Made by a program: the position numbers and the translations under genes. This document shows, in pieces, positions 1 through 10,880 of a stretch of DNA of 64,000 nucleotides (positions are counted from its first letter, which is position 1; each line of letters opens with the position of its first letter). The stretch comes from Actinomycetota bacterium (GTDB taxonomy: Bacteria > Actinomycetota > UBA4738 > HRBIN12): contig JBKPKU010000086.1 of NCBI GenBank assembly GCA_046731295.1, positions 811 through 64,810 of the forward strand. Reading direction: 5' to 3'. The notes under the pieces were generated by a model. That model worked only from the letters and a program-made list of their open reading frames with translations. It did not search any database and was not told the origin of the DNA.

Positions 1-569
1 CGCACAAGACGCTTCGCGGTCCACGAGGCGCGATCATCCTTTCCCGCGAGGAGCACGCGAGGGCGATCGACAAGGCCGTGTTCCCGATGATGCAGGGAGG
101 GCCGCTCGAGCACGTGATCGCGGCCAAGGCCGTCTGCCTCAGGGAGGCGATGGCGCCCGGCTTCCGGGACTACGCGGCGCGCGTGGTGCGCACCTCCCGG
201 GCGCTCGCGCAGGGGCTGGCCGACGAGGGCATCCGGCTCGTGTCCGGCGGCACCGACTCGCATCTGTCGCTGTGCGACCTCCGTCCGCTCGGGATCGGGG
301 GCAAGCAGGCGGAGGCCGTCTGCGACGAGATCGGGATCGCGATCAACAAGAACGGGATCCCGTTCGACCCCCAGCCGCCGCTCGACCCCTCGGGGATCCG
401 CCTGGGCACGCCGGGACCGGCGACGCTCGGGATGGACGAGCCGGAGATGAAGGAGGTCGCCGGCATCATGGGCGTGGTGCTCCGCGACCCGAGCGACGAC
501 GGCGTCAGGGCCGGCGCTCGCGCGCGCGTCGCCGAGCTGGTCGGCAGGTTCCCCGCCTACCCCCGCTGA
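1..569 (+). CDS. glyA: Serine hydroxymethyltransferase, C-terminal part (5' end outside window)
   Basis: The frame is open from the window edge. It reads HKTLRGPRGAIILS...FPMMQGGPLEHVIAAKAV...SGGTDSHL, a typical SHMT core and C-terminal domain. Stop at 567-569. Confidence 0.9.
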   Translation, partial: HKTLRGPRGAIILSREEHARAIDKAVFPMMQGGPLEHVIAAKAVCLREAMAPGFRDYAARVVRTSRALAQGLADEGIRLVSGGTDSHLSLCDLRPLGIGGKQAEAVCDEIGIAINKNGIPFDPQPPLDPSGIRLGTPGPATLGMDEPEMKEVAGIMGVVLRDPSDDGVRAGARARVAELVGRFPAYPR

Positions 570-616
570 GCCCCGGGCCGGAACCGCCGCCGGGCCCTCC
601 CCAGGGAGTAGCATCG

Positions 617-1903
617 ATGCACACCGTGCGTCCGTATCTCCTGGTGTTCGCGGCAAGTGCCGGCGTGACCTTTGCGATCACGCCCATCGTTCGTCGGCTC
701 TCCATGCGGCTGGGATGGATCGACCGGCCGTCGGACCGCAAGGTGCACCCGAACCCCACGCCGACCGCCGGCGGCATCGCGATGTACGTGGGCGTCGCGG
801 CCGGGCTCCTGGCCGCGCGACTGATCCCCTTCCTATCCGACCTGCACGAGACCTCGTCCGAGCTGGACGCCGCGTTCGTAGCCGCCACGGTGGTCGTGGT
901 CCTGGGCGTGATCGACGACACCCGGGGCGTGACCGCGCTCGGCAAGCTGGCCGGGCAGGTGCTCGCGGCCGGGCTCGTGGTCCTGCTCGGCGTGCAGCTC
1001 CTGTACTTTTACTTCCCGGGCCAGGGCGTCGTGTCGCCGCCGCCGGACGTCGCGGTGCCGCTCACGGTCCTGTGGATCGTCGCGCTCATGAACGCGGTGA
1101 ACCTGGTGGACGGGCTCGACGGCCTCGCCGCGGGGATGGTCGCGATCGCGGCCCTCGCCTTCTTCGCCTACTTCCGGACGCCGGACGGCACCGACCAGGC
1201 GAGCGTCGCCGCGCTGATGTCGGCGATCGTCGCCGGCGTTGCGATCGGGTTCCTGCCCTGGAACTTCCATCCGGCGAAGATCTTCATGGGCGACTCCGGG
1301 GCGCTGATGCTGGGCCTGCTCATGGCGGTGGCTACGATCTCCGGCGTGGGGCAGAACCTGGAGGGCCCCAGTGGGGGAGACCTCGCGGTCATCGCGATAC
1401 CGATCGTGGTCCCCTTGCTGGTGCTCGCCGTCCCGCTGCTGGACGTCGTGCTCGCGATCATCCGGCGCATGCGCAAGGGGATCGGGATCGCGCACGCGGA
1501 CAAGGAGCACATCCACCACCGGCTCATGGACATCGGTCACACCCATCGGCAGGCCGTGCTCCTGATGTACCTGTGGGGCGCGCTGATCGCGGCCGCCGCG
1601 CTGGTGGTCGCCTACGTCGACGGGCGGACCCTCGTGGCCGTGATCCTCGCCACGGCTGTGCTGATCGCCACGGTCCTTCCGCGCCTGGTCCGCGACCGGT
1701 CGCCCCGGGGCAGCGACCGTCCGGTGGCCGCGGTCTCGGTCTCGGTCTCGGGGCAGCGGATCGGCCGTCACCGCCGCCGGTCGCGCCCAGACGCAACCCT
1801 CCCTCCGGCCGCGGTGTCCTCCATCGGCGACGGCGCGGCGCCGGCCGACGCCGATCCCACGCTCTCCGAACCCGGACACACGCGTTCGCGCGATTCCGCA
1901 TGA
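617..1903 (+). CDS. wecA: Glycosyltransferase family 4, undecaprenyl-phosphate GlcNAc-1-phosphate transferase-like (WecA/Rfe, MraY superfamily)
   Basis: ATG 617 lies in frame inside ORF 272-1903. The N-terminus is MHTVRPYLLVFAASAGVTF. It has the NLVDGLDGLA motif and many TM segments. The tail is low-complexity and Arg/Ser/Pro-rich. Confidence 0.8.
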   Translation: MHTVRPYLLVFAASAGVTFAITPIVRRLSMRLGWIDRPSDRKVHPNPTPTAGGIAMYVGVAAGLLAARLIPFLSDLHETSSELDAAFVAATVVVVLGVIDDTRGVTALGKLAGQVLAAGLVVLLGVQLLYFYFPGQGVVSPPPDVAVPLTVLWIVALMNAVNLVDGLDGLAAGMVAIAALAFFAYFRTPDGTDQASVAALMSAIVAGVAIGFLPWNFHPAKIFMGDSGALMLGLLMAVATISGVGQNLEGPSGGDLAVIAIPIVVPLLVLAVPLLDVVLAIIRRMRKGIGIAHADKEHIHHRLMDIGHTHRQAVLLMYLWGALIAAAALVVAYVDGRTLVAVILATAVLIATVLPRLVRDRSPRGSDRPVAAVSVSVSGQRIGRHRRRSRPDATLPPAAVSSIGDGAAPADADPTLSEPGHTRSRDSA

Positions 1904-2006
1904 CCGCGGCGCGGGACTGGGGTGCCCGCCGTCGCCCGACTGGGGCATAATCGCCGCTCGGGCTCGTGACCGGGTCCCTAGAGCGTGTTCGGAATCGGGG
2001 GGTTGG

Positions 2007-3143
2007 TTGACGGAGATCGACGTCCGCCTCGAGCGGGTCACCAAGACCTTCGGCGACACGGTCGCCGTGGACGACCTGTCGCTCGACATCGCGGAGGGGG
2101 AGTTCTTCTCCATGCTCGGGCCGTCCGGGTGCGGGAAGACCACGACGCTCCGCATGATCGGCGGGTTCGAGGATCCCTCGCGCGGAGCCGTCTACCTGGG
2201 CGGACGGGAAGTGACCGACCTGCCGCCGTACAAGCGCGACGTCAACACGGTGTTCCAGTCCTATGCGCTGTTCCCGCACCTGGACGTGTTCGAGAACGTC
2301 GCGTTCGGGCTGCGGAGGCGGAAGGTCCCCAAGGACGAGGTCAGGCAGCGCGTGGACGACGCGCTCCGCCTCGTCGAGATGTCCGGATTCGAGGGCCGAA
2401 AGCCCGGGCAGATGTCCGGCGGCCAGCAGCAGCGGGTTGCGCTGGCGCGGGCACTCGTGAACCGGCCGAAGGTCCTGTTGCTGGACGAGCCGCTCGGCGC
2501 GCTCGACCTCAAGCTCCGCAAGCAGATGCAGCTCGAGCTCAAGCGCATCCAGCAGGAGGTCGGCATCACGTTCATCTACGTCACGCACGACCAGGAAGAG
2601 GCGATGACGATGTCCGACCGGCTCGCCGTGATGCGGCTGGGAAGGACCGAGCAGGTCGGCCCACCCGAGGAGGTGTACGAGAACCCGCAGACGCAATTCG
2701 TGGCGGCGTTCCTCGGCGCCTCCAACCTGCTCGAGGGACAGCTGAAGGAGCAGGCCAACGGGACATCCACGGTTCTCCTCGCCGGGGGGGACGTGGTTCA
2801 TCTTCCGAACGAGCGAGCGCCGTTCCAGACTGGCGACAGCGTCCTGGTCGGCGTGCGCCCGGAGAAGATCGTCATCAGCTCGGACGGGAACGGACCGGAC
2901 GGGTCCGGATGGAACACGGTCGCGGGGCTCCTGCGGATGGCGACGTACATCGGCGTGAGCCACCAGTACAAGGTGGAGGGCCCGGGAGGACACCAGCTCA
3001 CCGTGTGGGTGCAGAACCTGGGCGCGGAGACCCCGCCGGCGCCGGGGGAGCGTGTGACGCTCTCTTGGCGCTGGGAGCACACGTTCGCCGTATTACCTCA
3101 GGAGGGTGTATCGATCGAGGAGTCGATGGAGGAGGAGCTGTGA
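2007..3143 (+). CDS. potA: Spermidine/putrescine-type ABC importer, ATP-binding protein
   Basis: TTG start. Walker A GPSGCGKTT, signature LSGGQQQRVALARAL, Walker B LLLDEP. A C-terminal TOBE-like domain is present. Confidence 0.85.
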   Translation: MTEIDVRLERVTKTFGDTVAVDDLSLDIAEGEFFSMLGPSGCGKTTTLRMIGGFEDPSRGAVYLGGREVTDLPPYKRDVNTVFQSYALFPHLDVFENVAFGLRRRKVPKDEVRQRVDDALRLVEMSGFEGRKPGQMSGGQQQRVALARALVNRPKVLLLDEPLGALDLKLRKQMQLELKRIQQEVGITFIYVTHDQEEAMTMSDRLAVMRLGRTEQVGPPEEVYENPQTQFVAAFLGASNLLEGQLKEQANGTSTVLLAGGDVVHLPNERAPFQTGDSVLVGVRPEKIVISSDGNGPDGSGWNTVAGLLRMATYIGVSHQYKVEGPGGHQLTVWVQNLGAETPPAPGERVTLSWRWEHTFAVLPQEGVSIEESMEEEL

Positions 3144-4435
3144 TGAACGAAGACCGTCCCCCCGTGGACCAGGCCGCGATGCAGCGAGCGCTCGAGTACC
3201 GCCTGACGCGACGGAGCCTCTTGAAGGGGGCGGGCACCGGGATCGCGGGGTTCAGCCTGGCCGCGCTCCTTGCCGCCTGCGGCTCGGACAGTGGGGGCAC
3301 CGGCGCCGGAGAGGCCCCGGCGCCCCAGGACGTGTTCAGCGGGCAACCGGGGGACACGTTGAACTTCGCGAACTGGCCCGCCTACATGGACCAGGCCAAG
3401 GACAAGGACGGGAACGTCTACCACCCCACGCTGAAGACGTTCGAACAGCAGACCGGCATCAAGGTCAACTATCAGGACGTCATCAACGACAACGCCGAGT
3501 TCTTCGGCAAGATCCAGCCGTTGCTGGCGGGCGGCGACGACCCGGGCTGGGACCTGATGGTGATCACCAACGGCCGATACTTCACCGCGCTATCCCAGAA
3601 CGGCTGGGTATACGAGCTCGACCCGACCAAGCGTCCGAACTTCGACGCGAACGCGGCGAGTTGGGCCAAGGATCCGTTCTACGACCCCGGGAACAAGTAC
3701 GGGATGGCATGGCAGTCGGGGATCACCGGCATCGGCGTGAACACGAAGCTCGTGAACGGTCCCATCACGAAGATGGACGATCTGGCCAACCCAGACAAGG
3801 TGGGGACCAACAGCGTCGGCATGATCACGGGGGACATGCCCGACCTGGTGATGATCAACCTCGGCATCGACCCCGTGACGTCCGGACCCGCTGAGTGGAA
3901 GGAGGCCGCCGCCTGGCTCCAGATGCAGAAGGATTCCGGGACCGTGCGGCAGTACTACGGCAACGACTACCTTCCGGATCTGCAGGAGGGGAACCTGAAC
4001 GCCGCGATGGCCTGGTCGGGCGACGTCCTGTACTCGCACGTGTGGCTGGGCCTGGACATGGAGTACGTCTTCCCGGACAGCGGAGCGTTGATCTGGATCG
4101 ACAACATGATGGTCCCCACGGGCGCGCAGAACCCGGTCGGAGCCGCCGAGATCATGGACTTCTACTACAAGCCCGAGAACGCGACCAAGTTGACCGAGTG
4201 GATCCTGTACATGTCCCCCGTGCCCGAGACGCAGCAGCTCATCCAGGACGACGCGGACAAGAACTTCGATCAGGGGTACAAGGGATACGCCAGGAAGCTC
4301 GAGGCGACGGCAAAGAGCCAATTCCTGTACCCGGACGAAGAGTTCCTGTCACGCACCTCGTTTGGCTTCGGCGACTGGACGGACGAGACGGCGCAGGAGT
4401 GGGACGCGATCTTCCTGCCGATCTCGCAAGGCTGA
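3143..4435 (+). CDS. potD: Polyamine-type ABC substrate-binding lipoprotein
   Basis: ATG 3143 overlaps the potA stop (TGATG); an in-frame GTG at 3140 is also possible. It has an RRSLLKGAG Tat-like signal and an LLAAC lipobox. The body resembles PotD/PotF. Confidence 0.8.
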   Translation: MNEDRPPVDQAAMQRALEYRLTRRSLLKGAGTGIAGFSLAALLAACGSDSGGTGAGEAPAPQDVFSGQPGDTLNFANWPAYMDQAKDKDGNVYHPTLKTFEQQTGIKVNYQDVINDNAEFFGKIQPLLAGGDDPGWDLMVITNGRYFTALSQNGWVYELDPTKRPNFDANAASWAKDPFYDPGNKYGMAWQSGITGIGVNTKLVNGPITKMDDLANPDKVGTNSVGMITGDMPDLVMINLGIDPVTSGPAEWKEAAAWLQMQKDSGTVRQYYGNDYLPDLQEGNLNAAMAWSGDVLYSHVWLGLDMEYVFPDSGALIWIDNMMVPTGAQNPVGAAEIMDFYYKPENATKLTEWILYMSPVPETQQLIQDDADKNFDQGYKGYARKLEATAKSQFLYPDEEFLSRTSFGFGDWTDETAQEWDAIFLPISQG

Positions 4436-4445
4436 GTCCGACGAG

Positions 4446-5381
4446 GTGAGCGCGGTCGACGAGGCGGTTGTCAACGGCCCCACCGGCGGTGCGCCGGCGC
4501 GCGGACGCGGCCTCGGCGTGCGCCGGAAGCTGGTCCCGTACTACCTGCTTTCGCCCGGGGGGCTGTTCCTACTCCTGTTCTTCCTCGTGCCGCTCGGATT
4601 GATGCTGTACACCTCACTGGAGAGCGGCGGCCTGCTCTCCGGCGGGTTCCGGTTCTCGTGGGCGTTCGACAACTACACGAGCGTTCTCGGGCAGTACCGG
4701 GTGCAATTCGTGCGATCGCTCGTGTACTCGGTCATCGTGACGGTGGCCGCGCTGCTGCTCGCGTACCCCATGACGTATTGGATCGCGTTCTACGCAGGGA
4801 AGTGGAAGACCTCGCTGCTGCTGCTGATCCTGGTCCCGTTCTTCGTCTCATTCGTCATCCGCACGATCCAGTGGAAGTTCATACTGGGAGACAACGGCCC
4901 CATCCTGGGCCCCCTGAAGCACCTCGGGCTCCTGCCGGACAGTTTCCGGATCCTCGCGACGCCGTTCGCCGTCGTTGCCGGGATCACCTACAACTTCCTG
5001 CCGTTCACGGCGCTCCCCCTCTACGTCGCGTTGGAGCGGATCGACAAGCGCCTCGTCGAGGCGGCGAAGGACCTGTACGCCAGCCGGTGGCAGGCGTTCC
5101 GCAAGGTGGTCTGGCCGCTCTCGCTGCCCGGCGTCTTCGCAGCCTTCCTGCTGACGTTCGTCCCCGCGACCGGCGATTACGTGAACGCGTCGCTCCTCGG
5201 CGGGCCTGGCACGACGATGATCGGCAACATCATCCAGGAGAAGTTCCTGACCGAGCTCGCCTACCCCCAGGCTGCAGCGCTCTCGGTCATCCTCATGGTG
5301 GTCATGTTGCTCCTGGCGACCATTTACGCCCGCATCCTGGGAACCGAGGACGTGCAACGGGCGGCGGGAGCCACGGCATGA
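4446..5381 (+). CDS. potB: Polyamine-type ABC permease
   Basis: GTG 4446 lies in frame in ORF 4362-5381. It is a multi-TM protein of the binding-protein-dependent permease fold and follows potD. Confidence 0.8.
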   Translation: MSAVDEAVVNGPTGGAPARGRGLGVRRKLVPYYLLSPGGLFLLLFFLVPLGLMLYTSLESGGLLSGGFRFSWAFDNYTSVLGQYRVQFVRSLVYSVIVTVAALLLAYPMTYWIAFYAGKWKTSLLLLILVPFFVSFVIRTIQWKFILGDNGPILGPLKHLGLLPDSFRILATPFAVVAGITYNFLPFTALPLYVALERIDKRLVEAAKDLYASRWQAFRKVVWPLSLPGVFAAFLLTFVPATGDYVNASLLGGPGTTMIGNIIQEKFLTELAYPQAAALSVILMVVMLLLATIYARILGTEDVQRAAGATA

Positions 5382-6232
5382 GCGCGGTCGCGGCGCCGGC
5401 GAGGTCGACCACCGAGCCGAGCCTTCCTCCGTTGAATAGGCCGCACAAGCGATGGACCCGGGCCATCCTGCCCACGTACACGATCGCGATGATCGTCTAC
5501 CTGGCGAGTCCGATCTTCGTCATGATCCTGTACGCGTTCAACGACGTCCCGTTCGATCGGCAGAACGCCAAGTTCTGGGGCTTCACGCTGGACTGGTGGA
5601 AGAACGTCCTCGGCTACCCGGGACTGGGCGACGCGTTCAAGAACTCGCTCAAGATCGCACCGATCTCCGCAGCCATCGCGACCGCACTCGGAGCGCTCTT
5701 CGGCCTGGCGCTCGGCCGCTACCGCTTCCGCGGCCTGAGGCTGGTCGACTTCGTGATCTTCCTGGCCATCGCCGTGCCCGAGATCGTGTTGGGTTCTTCG
5801 CTGCTGTCGATGTTCGTCCTGGCCGGCGTGCCGCTCGGGTTCACGACGATCATCCTGTCCCACATCGGCTTCTCGATCGCGTTCGTCGCCGTCACCGTGC
5901 GCGCCCGCGTGCAGGGACTCGATCGGAACCTTGAGGATGCGGCACAGGACCTGTTCGCCAGTCCCGTCGCCGCCTTCTTCAAGGTGACGCTCCCCCTGAT
6001 CGCCCCCGCGATCCTGGCCGGGTTCCTCCTCGCGTTCGTCCTGTCCCTGGACGACTTCGTGATCACCAACTTCGTGGCTGGACAGCGGACCACGTTCCCG
6101 CTCTGGGTGTTCGGGGCGCAACGCATCGGCTTTCCACCGACCGTGAACGTCATGGGGACGATCCTGTTCACGGCGGGGGTCCTGGCCGCCGCGGTCAGCG
6201 TGCTCGCGCAGCGGCGACGGCGGACGGCCTAG
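5378..6232 (+). CDS. potC: Polyamine-type ABC permease
   Basis: ATG 5378 overlaps the potB stop (ATGA). It is the second-half reading of ORF 4658-6232. It is a multi-TM permease. Confidence 0.8.
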   Translation: MSAVAAPARSTTEPSLPPLNRPHKRWTRAILPTYTIAMIVYLASPIFVMILYAFNDVPFDRQNAKFWGFTLDWWKNVLGYPGLGDAFKNSLKIAPISAAIATALGALFGLALGRYRFRGLRLVDFVIFLAIAVPEIVLGSSLLSMFVLAGVPLGFTTIILSHIGFSIAFVAVTVRARVQGLDRNLEDAAQDLFASPVAAFFKVTLPLIAPAILAGFLLAFVLSLDDFVITNFVAGQRTTFPLWVFGAQRIGFPPTVNVMGTILFTAGVLAAAVSVLAQRRRRTA

Positions 6233-6272
6233 CCGCGTCGTGGTACGCCCCGCCAGGCGCGAATGGCGACTT

Positions 6273-6288
6273 CGTGAAATCTTTCACA
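6273..6288. promoter_or_regulatory. CRP/GlxR-like palindrome CGTGA-N6-TCACA upstream of the atp operon
   Basis: The sequence cgtgaaatctttcaca matches 9 of 10 half-site bases of TGTGA-N6-TCACA. It is an AT-rich island in GC-rich DNA. Confidence 0.3.
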
Positions 6289-6330
6289 AGCTCCCCGAGA
6301 AAGGGCCTTCTACCTGCGGAAACGTTCGCG

Positions 6331-6360
6331 ATGACGTGGCCTGAAGGCCCTGGATATACT
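6331..6360 (+). promoter_or_regulatory. Candidate sigma-70-type promoter of the atp operon
   Basis: A -35-like ATGACG/TGACGT at 6331-6337 and a -10 TATACT at 6355-6360, separated by 17-18 nt. The -10 lies 9 nt before ATG 6370. Confidence 0.3.
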
Positions 6361-6369
6361 TCCGCGCCC

Positions 6370-6606
6370 ATGGCGGGTTCGAGCGGCGACGGCGCGTGGG
6401 CCGGCATGGGGACCGGGTGGGCGGTCGTCTCGACGCTGGTCGGGGGGATCGTCGTGTGGGGAGGGCTCGGGTACCTGGCCGACAGGCTGTTCGGGATCAC
6501 GCCGCGAATCCTCACCGCGGTGGGGATCGTGCTCGGAGCTGCTGGAGCGATCTACCTCGTGTATCTGAGATTCGGAAAACAGGAAGGCCGGCACGATGGC
6601 GCCTGA
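6370..6606 (+). CDS. AtpZ/ATPase_gene1-like small membrane protein
   Basis: Two TM helices, with GGLGYLADRLFGITPRILTAVGIVLGAAGAIYLVY matching the AtpZ family pattern. The start was chosen at an internal ATG; the ORF opens at 6274. Confidence 0.6.
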   Translation: MAGSSGDGAWAGMGTGWAVVSTLVGGIVVWGGLGYLADRLFGITPRILTAVGIVLGAAGAIYLVYLRFGKQEGRHDGA

Positions 6607-7011
6607 GTCGGAGCTGATCCGGCGCATCGCGCCGTTCGCCATCCCGGTGGCCGTGATCGCGTTCGCGATCGGGACCCTGGTCGGCGGGACCGACGCCGGC
6701 TGGTCCGCCGCCATCGCGATCGCCGTCGTCACGCTGAACTTCGTCGCCCACGGCTGGTCGCTCGCGCTGGCCGCGCAGATCTCCCCGATGATCCTGTACG
6801 CGGTCGGCCTCGGCGGCTTCGTCGTGCGACTGGGCATGATCGTCGCGGTCATCGCGCTGCTGCAGCAGACCGCGTGGTTCTCGATCTCCGGCTTCATCGC
6901 CGCCCTGGTGCCGTGCACGGTCGCCCTGCTGGTGGTCGAGATGAAGATGCTCTCCGGGCGCATGCAGGCCGACCTGTGGACCGTGCCGAGCGGCCCGCCC
7001 GGGGCGCCGAG

Positions 7012-7015
<4 letters not shown>
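6596..7015 (+). CDS. atpI: ATP synthase protein I
   Basis: A 139-aa hydrophobic protein directly upstream of atpB. It overlaps the previous gene by 11 nt and atpB by ATGA. Confidence 0.7.
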
Positions 7016-8066
<1,051 letters not shown>

Positions 8067-8078
8067 GGGGGACCGGGA

Positions 8079-8654
8079 GTGCTGGCTACCATCGTCTGGT
8101 TCCTCGCGCAGGCCGAGGGCGAGACCACCGAGAACGTCAACGACGCCAAGGACCTGTACCCGCATTGGGAGGAGCTGGTCGTAGGCGCGCTCGCGTTCGC
8201 GATCCTGTTCTTCTTCGTATGGAAATGGGTGCTCCCACGCCTCGGCACGCTGCTCGACGAGCGGCGCGACAAGATCCAGGGGGAGCTCGAGCGTGCCGAA
8301 GAGACCCGGCGCTCGGCCGAGCAGGAGCTCGAGCAGTACCGGCAGCAGCTCGCGCAGGCGCGCGAGAAGTCCAACGAGATCATCGAGGAGGCGCGGCGCT
8401 CGGCCGAGCAGGTGCGCGCCGACATCCAGGCCAGGGCCGAGCGGGAGGCCGCGGCCACGGTCGCCAAAGCCCAGGACGAGATCCGGGCCGAGCGCGACCG
8501 GGTGTTCCAGGAGCTGCGCACCGAGGTCGCCGAGATCTCGGTCGAGCTGGCCGAACGCGTGGTCGGCGAGTCCCTGGACGGCAAGGCGCACCAGCGCCTG
8601 ATCGACGAGTACCTGGACCAGGTTGCGACCAGCGGGAACGGGAAGAAGGGCTGA
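8079..8654 (+). CDS. atpF: F0 ATP synthase subunit b
   Basis: GTG start. It has an N-terminal TM helix followed by a long charged coiled coil rich in E, R, A and Q. Confidence 0.85.
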   Translation: MLATIVWFLAQAEGETTENVNDAKDLYPHWEELVVGALAFAILFFFVWKWVLPRLGTLLDERRDKIQGELERAEETRRSAEQELEQYRQQLAQAREKSNEIIEEARRSAEQVRADIQARAEREAAATVAKAQDEIRAERDRVFQELRTEVAEISVELAERVVGESLDGKAHQRLIDEYLDQVATSGNGKKG

Positions 8655-8656
8655 GC

Positions 8657-9214
8657 GTGGCCGGCAGGGACGAGCTCGTCCGCAGTTACGCGGAGGCCCT
8701 GTTCCGCGTAGCCGCCGCCGAGGGCGAGCTCGACGCCGTCGAGCGGCATCTATTCGCATTCGCCCGGCTCATGGAGACCGAGACGCGCGTCCGGGAGGCC
8801 CTGACGGACCCCACCCTGCCGATCGAGAACAAGCGGGCGCTGATCGAGGAGAGCCTGGGCGACCGGGCAAACCCGCTGGCCGTTAGGATCCTGGTGTTTC
8901 TTGTCGAGTTGGGCCGGGCCAGGGAACTGGGGCGCATCGTCGACGTGCTCGCCGAGGTGGCCGCCGCGACGCGGGAGTCGGTCGTGGCCGACGTCCGTTC
9001 GGCGGTCCCGCTGGACCAGGCGCGCACGAAGAAGCTGGCGGAGGCCCTCTCTCGTGCCACGGGCCGCACGATCGAGGTTCGGATCGTGGTGGATCCCACG
9101 GTGGTGGGCGGCTTGGTCGCCAAGGTCGGCGACGAGATCTTCGACGGTTCGATCCGCTCGCGCCTAGTCGAGGCCCGCGAACACCTGGCACGAACGACGA
9201 CGAGGAGCGAGTGA
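8657..9214 (+). CDS. atpH: F1 ATP synthase subunit delta (OSCP)
   Basis: GTG 8657 lies in frame in ORF 8165-9214. The C-terminal motif [25 protein letters not shown] is present. It is not fused to subunit b. Confidence 0.85.
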   Translation: MAGRDELVRSYAEALFRVAAAEGELDAVERHLFAFARLMETETRVREALTDPTLPIENKRALIEESLGDRANPLAVRILVFLVELGRARELGRIVDVLAEVAAATRESVVADVRSAVPLDQARTKKLAEALSRATGRTIEVRIVVDPTVVGGLVAKVGDEIFDGSIRSRLVEAREHLARTTTRSE

Positions 9215-9218
9215 CCCC

Positions 9219-10877
9219 ATGGCGATCGACGAAGTGACCTTCGACTCGAAGACCATCGCCGAAGCATTGCGGCGCAACGTCGAGGGCTACACGCCCTCGA
9301 TGGAGCGCGAGGAGGTCGGCCGGGTGGTGGAGGCCGGGGACGGCATTGCGCGCGTGAAAGGCCTGCCCCGAGCGATGGCCAACGAGCTGCTCGAATTCCC
9401 CGGCGGGGTGCTGGGGCTCGCGTTCAACCTCGACGAGGACGAGATCGGCTGCATCATCCTGGGCGAATCCGCCCAGATCGAGGAGGGCGATCTCGTCAAG
9501 CAGACACAGAGGATCCTGTCGATCCCGGTGGGTGACCGGTTCATGAGCCGTGTGATCGATCCTCTCGGCGCGCCCCTGGACGGAAAGGGTCCGATCCAGG
9601 CCGAGGACACGCGGGTGCTCGAGATCCAGGCCGCCAACGTGGTCGACCGCCAACCCGTGAAGGAGCCGCTGCAGACCGGCATCACGGCGATCGACTCGAT
9701 GACGCCGATCGGGCGCGGTCAGCGCGAGCTCATCATCGGCGACCGTCAGACCGGCAAGACCGCCGTGGCGATCGACGCGATCATCGCCCAGCGCGACAAC
9801 TGGGCGAGCGGCGACCCGAAGAAGCAGGTCCGCTGCATCTACGTCGCGGTCGGCCAGAAGGCCTCCACCGTGGCCGAGGTCGTCGAGACGCTGAGCGACA
9901 ACGGGGCCCTCGACTACACGGTGGTGGTGAACGCTTCGGCGTCGGATCCGACGCCGTTCCAGTACATCGCCCCGTACGCGGGCGCGGCACTGGGCGCGTA
10001 CTGGATGTACGAGGGGAAGCACGCGCTGGCCGTCTACGACGATCTGTCCAAGCAGGCGACCGCCTACCGGACCCTCTCCCTGCTGCTTCGCCGGCCGCCG
10101 GGTCGCGAGGCGTACCCGGGCGACGTCTTCTACCTCCACTCGAGGCTGCTCGAGCGCGCGGCCAAGCTCTCGGATCGGCTAGGTGGGGGGTCGCTCACGG
10201 CTCTGCCGATCATCGAGACCAAGGGCAACGACATCTCCGCCTACATCCCGACCAACGTGATCTCGATCACGGACGGCCAGATCTACCTCGAGCCCGACCT
10301 GTTCTTCGGGGGCGTCCGACCCGCGATCAACGTCGGTACATCCGTGTCGCGCGTAGGCGGAAACGCGCAGATCAAAGCCATGAAGAAGATCGCTGGCACC
10401 CTGCGCATCGCGATGGCGCAGTACCGGGCGCTCGAGGCGTTCGCGCAGTTCGGCTCCGAGCTGGACAAGGAGTCGCAGAAGCAGCTCGCGCGCGGTGCCC
10501 GTGTCGTCGAGATCCTCAAGCAGCCGCAGTACCAGCCGGTGCCGGTCGAGAGGCAGGTTGTCGCCATCTGGGTCGGCACGGGTGGGTACCTGGACACCTT
10601 GCCGGTCGAGGACGCCAAGCGATTCGTGGACGAGTTCATCCAACACCTATCCGCGCGGACCAACGTCCTGGATTCGATCCGGGACTCGGGCGAGCTCTCG
10701 GACGAGACCGAGGCCACGCTCAAGCAAGCGCTGGAGGACTTCACGCAGACCTTCGTGCCGTCGGAGGGGGGGCCCGGGAGCGAGGCCGCCGTGGGTGAGG
10801 GCGCGCCCAGGGACAAGGTCAAGGAGGACGTCGGCTGGGAGCGCCTGTCCTCGGCCGACGACGAGGACGAGACCTAG
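9219..10877 (+). CDS. atpA: F1 ATP synthase subunit alpha
   Basis: Walker A GDRQTGKT. The rest of the alpha subunit is highly conserved. Confidence 0.95.
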   Translation: MAIDEVTFDSKTIAEALRRNVEGYTPSMEREEVGRVVEAGDGIARVKGLPRAMANELLEFPGGVLGLAFNLDEDEIGCIILGESAQIEEGDLVKQTQRILSIPVGDRFMSRVIDPLGAPLDGKGPIQAEDTRVLEIQAANVVDRQPVKEPLQTGITAIDSMTPIGRGQRELIIGDRQTGKTAVAIDAIIAQRDNWASGDPKKQVRCIYVAVGQKASTVAEVVETLSDNGALDYTVVVNASASDPTPFQYIAPYAGAALGAYWMYEGKHALAVYDDLSKQATAYRTLSLLLRRPPGREAYPGDVFYLHSRLLERAAKLSDRLGGGSLTALPIIETKGNDISAYIPTNVISITDGQIYLEPDLFFGGVRPAINVGTSVSRVGGNAQIKAMKKIAGTLRIAMAQYRALEAFAQFGSELDKESQKQLARGARVVEILKQPQYQPVPVERQVVAIWVGTGGYLDTLPVEDAKRFVDEFIQHLSARTNVLDSIRDSGELSDETEATLKQALEDFTQTFVPSEGGPGSEAAVGEGAPRDKVKEDVGWERLSSADDEDET

Positions 10878-10880
10878 CCG

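Noticed and set aside
1732-1749. A (ggtctc)x3 microsatellite in the wecA-like 3' tail, encoding VSVSVS.
   Set aside because: It has only three units in a low-complexity tail, so it is too short to be meaningful on its own.
1524-3080. A 518-aa minus-strand ORF opposite potA. Similar long antisense ORFs occur at 833-2155, 8883-10139, 11415-13118, 15263-16762, 17406-19118, 22143-23657, 50557-52257, 58723-60669 and 60931-62163.
   Set aside because: Each lies opposite a confidently identified gene. The compositions are biased towards R, P, G, A and D, and none has a recognisable domain. They are shadow ORFs.
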